64,000 nt of DNA from Nitrospira sp. (GTDB taxonomy: Bacteria > Nitrospirota > Nitrospiria > Nitrospirales > Nitrospiraceae). Of this stretch, positions 9,400-20,668 are shown piece after piece. Positions within the stretch are counted from its first letter, which is position 1. Every line of letters starts with the position of its first letter. The position numbers were made by a program, and so were the translations under genes. Under the pieces are notes generated by a model. The model worked only from the letters and a program-made list of their open reading frames with translations. It did no database searches and was not told the DNA's origin. The stretch is from positions 24,512-88,511 of the forward strand of contig JAOUHJ010000001.1 in assembly GCA_029865225.1 (NCBI GenBank). The letters are read 5' to 3'.

Positions 9400-9499
9400 A
9401 TATTCCTACTTCAGCTCAATCACCAATTCGTCACGTTGTCGATGGGCGGCCCATCGGCGGGTTCCACCAGCCGACAGGCTGCCACTATCTGCTCTCGGA

Positions 9500-11056
9500 C
9501 TAATTGGTCGCCTGGTTACCTGCCGCTGCCGCACCTGGGTAGTAGACCAAGACCCCATTGGGTGCCGACCCAACCCCCACATGTTGTTTGATCGAATTGT
9601 CGGTGGCATTGATGATGGTCACCGACCCAGGAGTGCCAGTATTGGACACAACAATATACTTGGCTTCTCCCGCTCCTGATGCGCCTTGTGCCAATACATC
9701 CATGCCATGTCCTCCTGTTTGCAACAGCTGGATCTCGGCAAGCAGGGTGAGGGCAGGTTGTGCCGCAGGCGCCGCTGGGACGAGCGTCGAAGCGTCGAAC
9801 GCAAAGAGACGATCCTTCTTCGTCGCGGTCGCCGCATTGCCGGCCAGAATGTAGAACCGCTTTCCGTCTGGTGAAAACTTGAACGTGCCAGGCGAGGTTC
9901 CGGCCAGCTCCGGAATGGTGAAATCGGTTCGTGGATTGTTGGCTGTCCCAAGATCAATTACACCAAGTTTTGTGCCCGTCGGAGGGGTTGTGTCGCCTCG
10001 TAACAACAAGAACCGACCATCTGGTGAAATTCCAAATGACGTGTACGGCGTGCTGGTGAGGTCGATACGATTGGTGATATCAAATGTTTTCGGATCAATT
10101 TCAGCGATTTCTCCGTATCCCTCTTGAATACTGTAGACTTTCCCGGTCAACTTCGACCAACGGATACCATGAGGGGCAGAATCGTTTGGAGTAAAAGCGG
10201 TAGTACCGGTCGGATTCTCCGGATTGCAGGTTTCTTTTTGAGGATTGCACATATCGATTCGCCGGATCATTTGATACTTAGTCGAAGAGTTTGGCTCATT
10301 ATCAATTACTGCAACCTCTCCAGCTATTTCACTGGACACAAATGCCCGCCTTGGGATCGTAGCATCGGTGGCCGTCGGCTGTGAAAAGGCCGTGACTTTA
10401 TGCCCATCGGCAAGAAGGCAGACTGTGGCTTCAATCTCAGGGTCATGGGCACCCGGGCCTTGATGAGAGTTGTGAATAATGGTGACAGACCCTCCTTCAA
10501 CCGGGCCACCAACTCGATTAGGATTATTGCAATTGATCGTGTCGTCACCAGGCGTCGTGGTGTTGATCGTGATCGTATCGTTCATGGACCATATGACTTC
10601 TCCGTTGGTCGGATCACGATAGATGTGAACAGGACGCACCCCAGTGGGAAGATTGGTCCTATGGATCGGCGTTGCACTATTGATCGGGTCGAGGGCAGCC
10701 ACTTTCGTTCCGACATTCTGGCTATTATTTTGTCCATCGTTGATGCCGCTGATATTGACGAAGACCCACTCCCCCGAGGTGAACTGCATGTCGCCAAGCG
10801 CAAGATTTCCGAACGTGGTATTGGGAATCGTATTGAGCACTGCGCTGTTCGAATCGCCTCTCAATGCCACACTGGTCAACGAACGATCGCCTGTATTATT
10901 CACGAATGCGATTGGTCCGCTGAGTCCGGCGCTACCATCGGGCGTCAACGTCCCGGTGTCATCACCCGAACTACAGGCAGCCAGACCGATCAGCGCAAGC
11001 CCTAGCGCGCCCGTTGTGACATATGATGCATACGTTCGTCTCTTCATGGTTTCCAT
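9500..11056 (-). CDS. beta-propeller repeat lipoprotein (YVTN-like)
   Basis: Lipoprotein signal (GLALIGLAACSSGDD). Repeated beta-propeller-like segments, e.g. SVTIINATDNSIKQHVGVGSAPNGVLVY and GEVAVIDNEP. I chose the start at ATG 11056 (METMKRR) because AGGAAGG lies 8 nt upstream. The track ORF extends to 11140. Confidence 0.75.
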   Translation of the reverse strand: METMKRRTYASYVTTGALGLALIGLAACSSGDDTGTLTPDGSAGLSGPIAFVNNTGDRSLTSVALRGDSNSAVLNTIPNTTFGNLALGDMQFTSGEWVFVNISGINDGQNNSQNVGTKVAALDPINSATPIHRTNLPTGVRPVHIYRDPTNGEVIWSMNDTITINTTTPGDDTINCNNPNRVGGPVEGGSVTIIHNSHQGPGAHDPEIEATVCLLADGHKVTAFSQPTATDATIPRRAFVSSEIAGEVAVIDNEPNSSTKYQMIRRIDMCNPQKETCNPENPTGTTAFTPNDSAPHGIRWSKLTGKVYSIQEGYGEIAEIDPKTFDITNRIDLTSTPYTSFGISPDGRFLLLRGDTTPPTGTKLGVIDLGTANNPRTDFTIPELAGTSPGTFKFSPDGKRFYILAGNAATATKKDRLFAFDASTLVPAAPAAQPALTLLAEIQLLQTGGHGMDVLAQGASGAGEAKYIVVSNTGTPGSVTIINATDNSIKQHVGVGSAPNGVLVYYPGAAAAGNQATN

Positions 11057-11136
11057 GGACATTACCTTCCTCGTTAATTGTCGTCGTCTTATTTTTACTG
11101 TGGTGGAAGCACAGACGGCTCCCAGACCGATACGTT

Positions 11137-11481
11137 TCATGCAATCTGAAAGAGAACTCGCGGTGGGCCGCGAGGGGGAAATTGACTATCCACAACATCG
11201 ACTGGTAGGAGAATGGCGCCGAGACTCCAGACGAGGCTCACCTGAATATCAGCCGTCGCTTCGCTTCGTCCGCCACCGCTCCGGATATCGAGGCCGCCGC
11301 AGTGCCACGCACAATGATTGTGGCTCTGTTGACCGTTCTGCGTCTGTCCTTGTGGACAGTGCGGCGCAGTCCACTGTGCCGTCAGATTCCCTTGGCCGAC
11401 CGACAAGAATCCTGTCAGCCAGAGCACGGCGCAGCAGCTTGTGAGCACCTGAGCGATGTGTTGTCGCGTTTTCGTCAACAT
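11137..11481 (-). CDS. small secreted Cys/His protein with CxWxC motif, paralog 3 (divergent)
   Basis: Hydrophobic N-terminus (VLTSCCAVLWLTGFLSVG). SHNHCAWHCGG aligns with LCAWLCAGG of paralog 2, and the C-terminal PPRGPPR aligns with FFRGPPRF. The start is uncertain between 11481 and 11505. Confidence 0.55.
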   Translation of the reverse strand: MLTKTRQHIAQVLTSCCAVLWLTGFLSVGQGNLTAQWTAPHCPQGQTQNGQQSHNHCAWHCGGLDIRSGGGRSEATADIQVSLVWSLGAILLPVDVVDSQFPPRGPPRVLFQIA

Positions 11482-11513
11482 GGCCGATCGAGACTCACGC
11501 TCCATCTTATGGT

Positions 11514-12587
11514 CTATGAAGATCCACCAAATAGTTGGAACGACTTCGTCACCCCGAAGATGTAGCTGATCTGTTGCTCCAGATTGCCGTTGAAGTCACG
11601 GTGGATGGGGATTTGCGCGATGAAATAGGCCGACGCAAAGTTGAACACGTTCACCATGATACCCGGCGAATAGGCAAGGTACGTTGAGCCGGTGGTCGGC
11701 ACGGATCGAAACTTGATGGCAGGATCAAGCAAGATCGACGAGCCGGTAGTCGGGTTGAACTGAAACAGCGCCGCATCCATCGCGTCGTTCTGCATCCATC
11801 GGAAGTTGAACTGCTGCATCAGCACCAACCAGGGTGTTTTCTCGAGCGGAATAATATTGAGCCCCAAGCTCACGTTCACTTCGTCCCCGAACTTGTACCC
11901 GTCGCTGTTCTTCGCCGTGTACCGATAGCTCGCCAAGGCGAATTGATTCAGCCGATGGGGAATCAGCTCATAGGTCTGATAGATCATCGGGACGACACCG
12001 AAGTTCCCGCGCCCGATTTGAAGCGTTGATTCAGCCAAGGTGTTTGGGTTCGCAAGCCGACCATAGTCGCCGGTTGGAAAATCAACTCCCACCCCCAGCA
12101 CGACCATGCTGCGCAAGGTAGGCAACAGGTTGTACTTTAATGTCGCGCGAATATCGCCGAGCCCTCCCTCACTATAGGGCACCGGATTGAGCCCTCCGAT
12201 CTGCGCATCAGACTCGACATGCTTGTAGGGAAACGCCACTTGGATGCCGAGGCGTTCCGTCAAACCGTAGTTGAGATCGAGAGTCGCGGTGCGTGTCGTG
12301 GTCTCGATGCGGTTGACATTCAAGTTTGCCAGTGTGAGGGTCTTGGCACCCTGGTTGGCAAAGGGAATGCGTCCACCTTCGCCTGAAGGCGCCTCCATCG
12401 GGGTCCAGTTGTAGATGGCATTGACGGTTAGAAGGCCTTTCATCGGCACCTGTTGTTGAGACCCGATCACGACGAAGCAACTGACCGAGCCGCAAGATGC
12501 ATCGACCTGTGTTGGGCTGATCGTCGGGACCACGATTCCGATGACAGCAGCGATGGGGAGCACAGAAGTCCAAATCGTACGCAACAT
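11514..12587 (-). CDS. beta-barrel outer-membrane protein, paralog B (MetA-pathway/transporter-like OMP family, from memory)
   Basis: I take the start at ATG 12587 (MLRTIWTSVLPIAAVIGIVVP, a signal peptide). The mature N-terminus is SCGSVSCFVVIGSQQQVP. The body has alternating beta-strand patterns with GLGD and FPTGDY motifs. It is a clear paralog of 13592..14719. The upstream part of the track ORF (12588-12845) overlaps the small gene at 12686. Confidence 0.8.
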   Translation of the reverse strand: MLRTIWTSVLPIAAVIGIVVPTISPTQVDASCGSVSCFVVIGSQQQVPMKGLLTVNAIYNWTPMEAPSGEGGRIPFANQGAKTLTLANLNVNRIETTTRTATLDLNYGLTERLGIQVAFPYKHVESDAQIGGLNPVPYSEGGLGDIRATLKYNLLPTLRSMVVLGVGVDFPTGDYGRLANPNTLAESTLQIGRGNFGVVPMIYQTYELIPHRLNQFALASYRYTAKNSDGYKFGDEVNVSLGLNIIPLEKTPWLVLMQQFNFRWMQNDAMDAALFQFNPTTGSSILLDPAIKFRSVPTTGSTYLAYSPGIMVNVFNFASAYFIAQIPIHRDFNGNLEQQISYIFGVTKSFQLFGGSS

Positions 12588-12685
12588 GATTCCACACTCT
12601 TTCTGTTGAGCAATACGGCAGGATCCGAGTATCGGAACCCTCCGCAAGACACGGTTGTTAAGAATGTGCGCCCGAACTATGAGCG

Positions 12686-12994
12686 CTATACAAGGAAGCG
12701 AGGAGGACCACGGAAGAAGTACGGGAGCGAGAGCGCACTGAGGACGACCCCAAAAGATGGATGGCTGAGGCTTTCGAGGAGCTGAAGCGATGAAACGAAT
12801 TGAATAACAGACGACGTAATCCCGACTCCACCCGCGCACAACCACGCGCAGAGGCCTGTGGAGTGGGTACCAGCCTGATGGTCCGCATGGTGCTCAGCAT
12901 GACCAACGCTGGGTACGGCCATGGCGCCGTTCACCAGTATGATGCAGAGCAGCAAGGCCCAGACTAACGCGGGTCGTTTTAACTCAACCGTCAT
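12686..12994 (-). CDS. small secreted His-rich CxWxC protein, paralog 2
   Basis: 102 aa with a signal peptide (ALVWALLLCIILVNGAMA). The mature part is GHAEHHADHQAGTHSTGLCAWLCAGG and the C-terminus is RGPPRFLV. It starts 9 nt after the TlpA-like gene stop. Confidence 0.7.
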   Translation of the reverse strand: MTVELKRPALVWALLLCIILVNGAMAVPSVGHAEHHADHQAGTHSTGLCAWLCAGGVGITSSVIQFVSSLQLLESLSHPSFGVVLSALSLPYFFRGPPRFLV

Positions 12995-13003
12995 ACGGTT
13001 CTT

Positions 13004-13567
13004 CTACTGCAGCGCCGCAGCCTTCATCACTTCCGGTTTCTGGATACGGGCCACGGTATCAAGGATAACCTTTTCGGTTAGGAGCCCGCCCTTGATGTAC
13101 TCACGAACCACGCCTTTTTCATCGATGAACACGCTGACCGGTAAGCCGAAGACGCCGAACTGGTTTGCAACCTTGTTGTCACGATCCATCAACACCGGGA
13201 ACGTATGGCCATGCTGCGTGATATGTTCACGAACTTTGGTCTCGTCTTCTAATTCATTCACAGCCAATACCACAAATCCCTTATCCCGCAACTTATCGTA
13301 CATCGCCTGCATGGCCGGCATTTCCGTCGTGCAGGGTTTGCACCAGGTGGCCCAGAAGTTGACTAGTACGACCTGCCCTCGATACTGGCTCAAGCTCTGC
13401 TGCTTACCTGCCAGATCCGTGAGCTGAAAATCCTCCGCAGTCGTCCCCACGGCCGGAACACGAGAGCCCATCGCCCATACCAAGCTGCTGCCGATGAGGA
13501 GCGTCACACCCAGCGTGAGCATTCCAATCTTCGATCCTGATACCGCCCTTATTGTTGCACCCATCAC
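13004..13567 (-). CDS. TlpA/ResA-family periplasmic thiol:disulfide oxidoreductase
   Basis: 187 aa with an N-terminal anchor and the thioredoxin motif FWATWCKPC. The body (VVLVNFWATWC...VLAVN...FPVLMD...YGV.GLP..F.ID) is typical of the AhpC/TSA-TlpA fold. Confidence 0.88.
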   Translation of the reverse strand: MMGATIRAVSGSKIGMLTLGVTLLIGSSLVWAMGSRVPAVGTTAEDFQLTDLAGKQQSLSQYRGQVVLVNFWATWCKPCTTEMPAMQAMYDKLRDKGFVVLAVNELEDETKVREHITQHGHTFPVLMDRDNKVANQFGVFGLPVSVFIDEKGVVREYIKGGLLTEKVILDTVARIQKPEVMKAAALQ

Positions 13568-13591
13568 ACCCTCCTTCTGGTTCGCTGTGCC

Positions 13592-14719
13592 TTACGAACC
13601 ACTCTTCGTCAACTGGAACGATCTCGTCACCCCAAAGATATAGCTGATGCCCTGGGCAAGGTTGTTGTTGGAATCCCGCATGATTGGTATCTGCGAATGG
13701 AAATACAACGACGTCCACTTGGTCAACGGCGAATCGATCAGTCCGTCGAGACTCACCTGGAATCCAGGTGAAAACGCGAAATAGGTTGAGCCGGTCGTCG
13801 GCACCCGGCGGTTTGCAATCGTGGGGTCAAGCACGATCGTCTCACCGGGGAAGTCTGGAGCATCGGCGGGCGTTGCGGATCGCTCCAACGAGGCGCTGAT
13901 ATTGTCGTGAACGAGATACCGCCAATGAAACTGCCCGGTGAGCACCAGCCACGGTGCACGCTCCAAAGGAACGCCGCTCGCGCCTAGATTGAGATTGTAC
14001 TCATCGCCAAACTGGTACCCATCGTTGTTCCGGAAAGTATGGCGATAACTGCCGTAGAAAAACTGATTGAGCCGATGAGGAATCAGTTCGTAGGTTTGAT
14101 AGAGCGACCCGATGAGTCCGACGTTACCCCGACCCAGCTGAGTCGGCGACTCCATCAACTCACCGGCATCATCGAGCGCGCTGGTGCTCCCTGTGGGTAC
14201 CTGCACACCAAACCCGGCGACAATCATGCTCCGCAGTGTGGGAAGCACGTTGTACTTGGCCGTGATGATCATGTCTCCGATTCCGTTGTCCCGAAACGGA
14301 ACCAGTTCCCCCTCACCATTGGCCCCTTCTTCTCCCAATCCATCGATATGTTTATGCGTTCTCCACAAATATGGAATGGACACCTGCACACCGAGCCGAT
14401 CTGTAATGCCGTAGTTCAAGTCAAAATTGACGGTTTGCGTGATCGTTCGGACCTCTTGATGGTGGTCCAGAATGAGGCGGCGTCCGGCTTGGTCGATCGC
14501 AGGGATCACGCCGTTCGTCCCATCCAGCAAGCGCATCGGCGTGTAGTTGTACATCGTGTTGAACGTCAAGATGCCAGCCTGTGGCACCTGTTGCTGTGAT
14601 CCAATCACTACAAAGCAGGTCACCGACCCGCAGGCAGCCTCGGCTTGCTGAAGGACGGGCCAGGTAGGGGCTACAATGCTCAACGAAAGTACAAACCCAA
14701 ATGCGAAACGCTTCACCAT
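13592..14719 (-). CDS. beta-barrel outer-membrane protein, paralog A (MetA-pathway/transporter-like OMP family, from memory)
   Basis: I take the start at ATG 14719 (MVKRFAFGFVLSLSIVAPTWP) with GAGG 8 nt upstream. The mature N-terminus is ACGSVTCFVVIGSQQQVP. It is collinear with 11514..12587 (TYELIPHRLNQF, RSVPTTGSTY and ISYIFGVT.SFQL are shared). Confidence 0.8.
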   Translation of the reverse strand: MVKRFAFGFVLSLSIVAPTWPVLQQAEAACGSVTCFVVIGSQQQVPQAGILTFNTMYNYTPMRLLDGTNGVIPAIDQAGRRLILDHHQEVRTITQTVNFDLNYGITDRLGVQVSIPYLWRTHKHIDGLGEEGANGEGELVPFRDNGIGDMIITAKYNVLPTLRSMIVAGFGVQVPTGSTSALDDAGELMESPTQLGRGNVGLIGSLYQTYELIPHRLNQFFYGSYRHTFRNNDGYQFGDEYNLNLGASGVPLERAPWLVLTGQFHWRYLVHDNISASLERSATPADAPDFPGETIVLDPTIANRRVPTTGSTYFAFSPGFQVSLDGLIDSPLTKWTSLYFHSQIPIMRDSNNNLAQGISYIFGVTRSFQLTKSGS

Positions 14720-14834
14720 GACGTATGACCTCGAACTCTTTTTCGATCTGAACGACTTCAGGCTGTGTTCCTTCATGTAGGTCTTAGTGACCTGCGTTCA
14801 GGAAGACGGCACTTAAGAACCGAAGGAAGATGAA

Positions 14835-15140
14835 TTATAAAGAGCAGGATGGGGGAGCCCGGCTAGAACTGATTTGAGAGGGCTGAAGAAACAGTTTATT
14901 CGAACTAACGGCCGGACTGAGGGCAATCGGGGCACGATGCGCCTCAATCAAGACAACTTCCGTATCGAGAACCGTACCAGCCGCGCACATCCAGGAACAG
15001 AGGACTGTACCGTGTGTCGCCGCCTGATGCTTGGCATGGTGCCCAGCATGTTCGGCCGCCTGAACCTGGGCCAAGCTTCCGACGAGAAGAATGCAGATTA
15101 CAAGAGCGATTGTTAGAAACTTGCGAAATGCGTCACTCAT
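14835..15140 (-). CDS. small secreted His-rich CxWxC protein, paralog 1
   Basis: 101 aa with a signal peptide (LTIALVICILLVGSLAQVQA). The mature part is AEHAGHHAKHQAATHGTVLCSWMCAAG and the C-terminus is SSRAPPSCSL. It is the first gene of the minus-strand cluster and is divergent from secA. Confidence 0.7.
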   Translation of the reverse strand: MSDAFRKFLTIALVICILLVGSLAQVQAAEHAGHHAKHQAATHGTVLCSWMCAAGTVLDTEVVLIEAHRAPIALSPAVSSNKLFLQPSQISSSRAPPSCSL

Positions 15141-15397
15141 ATATAGCTACAGCCTAGCGAGTGCTTCTGTATGAACAGACCAAGGCTGACAGGGACAAGT
15201 ACCACAGATGCAACAGGTACTACAACTCCGGGCCGAATGGTAGGCGCGAGTGGCAAGGCTTGTCAAGCGGTCGTTATGCGACCCGAGGATCGAGTAGGAT
15301 TCACTGATAAGATGCTGTATACTGCACAGTCTATTGAGACGTCGAGGCTCACCCACAACCAATACGACTTTTCTAAGTTCATAACACCAATCTAATT

Positions 15398-18118
<2,721 letters not shown>

Positions 18119-18321
18119 AGCCGTTCGGCTGAGATGCCTGTCGAATCATCGTGCCGTTTGAATCCGGCCATTTCGCTTCGCCGCCTCCGTCATAATTTCC
18201 TTCACATATCGCTTCAAGCGCAATTCCTCCTTACTTCACCTTGACTTAAGAGAGTTCCGGAGGCTAACCTATGCCCCTTTCATCACTCTAGGAATGGGTA
18301 GACCCTACCCATGGTCTAGGG

Positions 18322-19539
18322 GTGTCGCTTTTTCCATTGATGACGGTCAATTGGGAGCTTTCTGTGAGCACAGGGCATCCAGAACTTGTCGCCGCCATTG
18401 CTGCTGAAATCGCTGCCTCAGGCCCGATTCCGTTCGTTCGTTTCATGGAATTGGCCCTTTACCATCCCCAGTTCGGCTATTACATGCGGGCGCCTGAACA
18501 GATGAGTGAACGGATTGGGTGGCGTGGGGATTTCTATACGAGTTCGGATGTTCATCCCCTTCTTGGACAGGCCTTAGCGAAACAAGCTGCGCAAATGGAT
18601 CGACTGCTTGGGCAACCCACCCCATTCACTGTGTTTGAAATGGGCCCCGGCAAAGGGTTGCTGGCACGACACTTTTTATCCGCCTGCCGGCGGGATTTCC
18701 GGGATTTATTCGAGCGCCTGCACTACGTCTTGGTCGATCGAAGCCCGGCGATGCGTGAGGTACAACGCAAGAACCTCGCACTGTGGTTCGATCGGCCAAA
18801 CTTCCTCACATGGATGGATAACCTTGCGGCTGTCGCACCTCACAGTGTGACCGGGCTCTTCCTGAGCAATGAACTCATCGATTCCTTTCCCGTCAATCGG
18901 ATTCAGGTTACGGCCAATGGAGTAGAAGAGCTCTGGGTGGACTCTCACAACGGGCAGTTCGTTGAATGCCTCCGTCCGCCGTCATCTGACGCCTTAGCCG
19001 ATCATGTACGCCGAATGCACACTGATTGGCCCGTGGGCTACCGGACCGAAATCAATCTCCACGCATTGAATTGGATGAAGCAGGTGGCTCAGTTGCTCAA
19101 TCGAGGGTTCGTCCTGACCATTGATTACGGCCACACCGCCCAAGATCTCTACCGATCCGATCGGAAGGGCGGAACATTTCTCTGTTACTCAGGACACTCC
19201 ACCAGTGAGGAACCGTTCCTCCGTGTCGGAGAGCAGGACATGACGGCCCATGTGGATTTCACGGGACTAGCCCGTACCGGAGCAGAATCTGGCCTCCAGA
19301 CGACCGGCTTTACGAATCAACTGAGCTTTCTAATGGGACTCGGCGTCGAACACATGATCGAGCAGCTGGAACAGGACAGTCCTGCGTTCAAGGCCGCCAT
19401 TCACCTTCTTCGACCGAACGGCATGGGGACCACGTTCAAGGTCCTGGTCCAGCATAAGGATATCGTGAATCCCGAACTTGATGGGCTGAAGTACAAACCT
19501 TTTTTTGGCGCGTCTCTCTCGGCACAGTCAGCTGCGTGA
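18322..19539 (+). CDS. MidA/NDUFAF7-family (DUF185) SAM-dependent methyltransferase
   Basis: 405 aa. GPIPFVRFMELALYHPQFGYY and FEMGPGKGLLA (the SAM-binding GxGxG) match the MidA/NDUFAF7 family as I recall it. An alternative GTG start at 18364 has a better SD (GGGAG). Confidence 0.82.
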   Translation: MSLFPLMTVNWELSVSTGHPELVAAIAAEIAASGPIPFVRFMELALYHPQFGYYMRAPEQMSERIGWRGDFYTSSDVHPLLGQALAKQAAQMDRLLGQPTPFTVFEMGPGKGLLARHFLSACRRDFRDLFERLHYVLVDRSPAMREVQRKNLALWFDRPNFLTWMDNLAAVAPHSVTGLFLSNELIDSFPVNRIQVTANGVEELWVDSHNGQFVECLRPPSSDALADHVRRMHTDWPVGYRTEINLHALNWMKQVAQLLNRGFVLTIDYGHTAQDLYRSDRKGGTFLCYSGHSTSEEPFLRVGEQDMTAHVDFTGLARTGAESGLQTTGFTNQLSFLMGLGVEHMIEQLEQDSPAFKAAIHLLRPNGMGTTFKVLVQHKDIVNPELDGLKYKPFFGASLSAQSAA

Positions 19540-19604
19540 AGGGTCGAGCATGGGTGCATCCATGAAACACCATCCGCTCGTCACGAGGTCGTAGAAGGTT
19601 CGTT

Positions 19605-19976
19605 ATGGGCAATTTGACGGCTCCGGAAAGCTATTTCCCGATCCTTGTCTTCATCGGTGTCGTCATGGCCCTCGGGACGCTGATTCTCTATCTCGGACGC
19701 TTTGTGCGCCCCGACCAGCCCTATCGAGCCAAGTTGGCACCGTATGAAAGCGGCAGCCCCCTGTTTCAAGATGCCCGCGTCCAGTTCCCCATCCGGTACT
19801 ACGTGATTGCGATGCTGTTTGTCATCTTCGATATCGAGACCGCGTTCATGTTCCCTTGGGCGGTTGCTTTCAGGCATCTTGGGATTGTGGGCCTCGTCGA
19901 AATGATCGTCTTCATTGCTATCTTGGTGGTGGGATTTTGGTATGCCTGGAAAAAGGGGGCGTTGGAGTGGGATTGA
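19605..19976 (+). CDS. nuoA: NADH-quinone oxidoreductase subunit A
   Basis: 123 aa with three TM segments. YESG and FDIE..F..PWA motifs are present. It is the first gene of the nuo cluster. Confidence 0.93.
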   Translation: MGNLTAPESYFPILVFIGVVMALGTLILYLGRFVRPDQPYRAKLAPYESGSPLFQDARVQFPIRYYVIAMLFVIFDIETAFMFPWAVAFRHLGIVGLVEMIVFIAILVVGFWYAWKKGALEWD

Positions 19977-20091
19977 AGGGCGGCGGGCCTACCCTTCTTG
20001 CTCGCCCACCGCGCACTCAAGATTGATTGGGAATAGATAACGGGCGGTGCTCGGTGGATGCGCGCAGTGAAGGCCAGCCCCACCGCCCTTC
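19975..20091 (+). repeat. nested inverted repeats filling the nuoA-nuoB spacer
   Basis: The outer stem is gaagggcggcggg (19975-87) with cccaccgcccttc (20079-91), 12 of 13 paired. The inner stem is ccaccgcgcac (20006-16) with gtgctcggtgg (20047-57), 10 of 11 paired. Confidence 0.5.
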
Positions 20092-20115
20092 ATCCGGGAA
20101 AGGGTGTGAGAACAC

Positions 20116-20595
20116 GTGAGTGTGTTGGAACGACAGTTTGACGCAAATGTGATGACGACGACGCTGGATTCCGTCGTCAATTGGGCCAGGAAGTCTGCGC
20201 TATGGCCCATGACGTTCGGGCTGGCGTGCTGCGCGATTGAAATGATCGCCAGCGTCTCCTCCCGCTACGACCTGGACCGCTTCGGCGCCGGTGTCTTTCG
20301 CGCGTCGCCTCGGCAGTCGGATCTCATGATTGTCGCGGGAACGGTGTCGCGAAAAATGGCCCCGGTTATTCGCCGGATCTACGACCAGATGCCTGAACCT
20401 CGCTATGTGATCTGCATGGGATCCTGTGCGACATCAGGCAATCATTACAACAGCTACGCCGTCGTTCAAGGCGTGGATCAGATCGTGCCGGTCGACGTCT
20501 ATGTTCCCGGTTGCCCACCCAGGCCGGAGGCGTTGTTGGATGGGCTCCTAAAGTTGCAGGAAAAGATTCAACGCGAACGGGTCTTCGTGAAGTAA
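20116..20595 (+). CDS. nuoB: NADH-quinone oxidoreductase subunit B
   Basis: 159 aa with a GTG start. The N2 cluster ligands are present ([21 protein letters not shown]). Confidence 0.95.
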   Translation: MSVLERQFDANVMTTTLDSVVNWARKSALWPMTFGLACCAIEMIASVSSRYDLDRFGAGVFRASPRQSDLMIVAGTVSRKMAPVIRRIYDQMPEPRYVICMGSCATSGNHYNSYAVVQGVDQIVPVDVYVPGCPPRPEALLDGLLKLQEKIQRERVFVK

Positions 20596-20668
20596 CGGCC
20601 CCGCCTCCTCCACGGTGGAGAGAGGGATGAAAGACAGGCAAATCGATCTGACAGCTGGATGATCGCTG

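Noticed and set aside
12588-12845. N-terminal extensions of track ORFs: OMP 11514..12845, nuoI 28023.., yihY 34655.., response regulator 46156.., beta-propeller ..11140
   Set aside because: The extensions overlap the preceding genes, lack signal or domain features, and internal ATG codons with SD sequences give canonical N-termini. I therefore used the shorter coordinates.
15141-15397. secA / small-protein divergent promoter region: TATACT at 15318-15323 as the secA -10
   Set aside because: The candidate -35 (TAGGAT-like) is poor and the TG is not correctly spaced for an extended -10. I could not support a specific promoter call.
18241-18270. Possible promoter TTGACT-N18-TAACCT upstream of the MidA-like gene
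   Set aside because: The -35 is good, but the -10 matches only 3 of 6 positions and the spacing is ambiguous. That is too weak to list as a feature.
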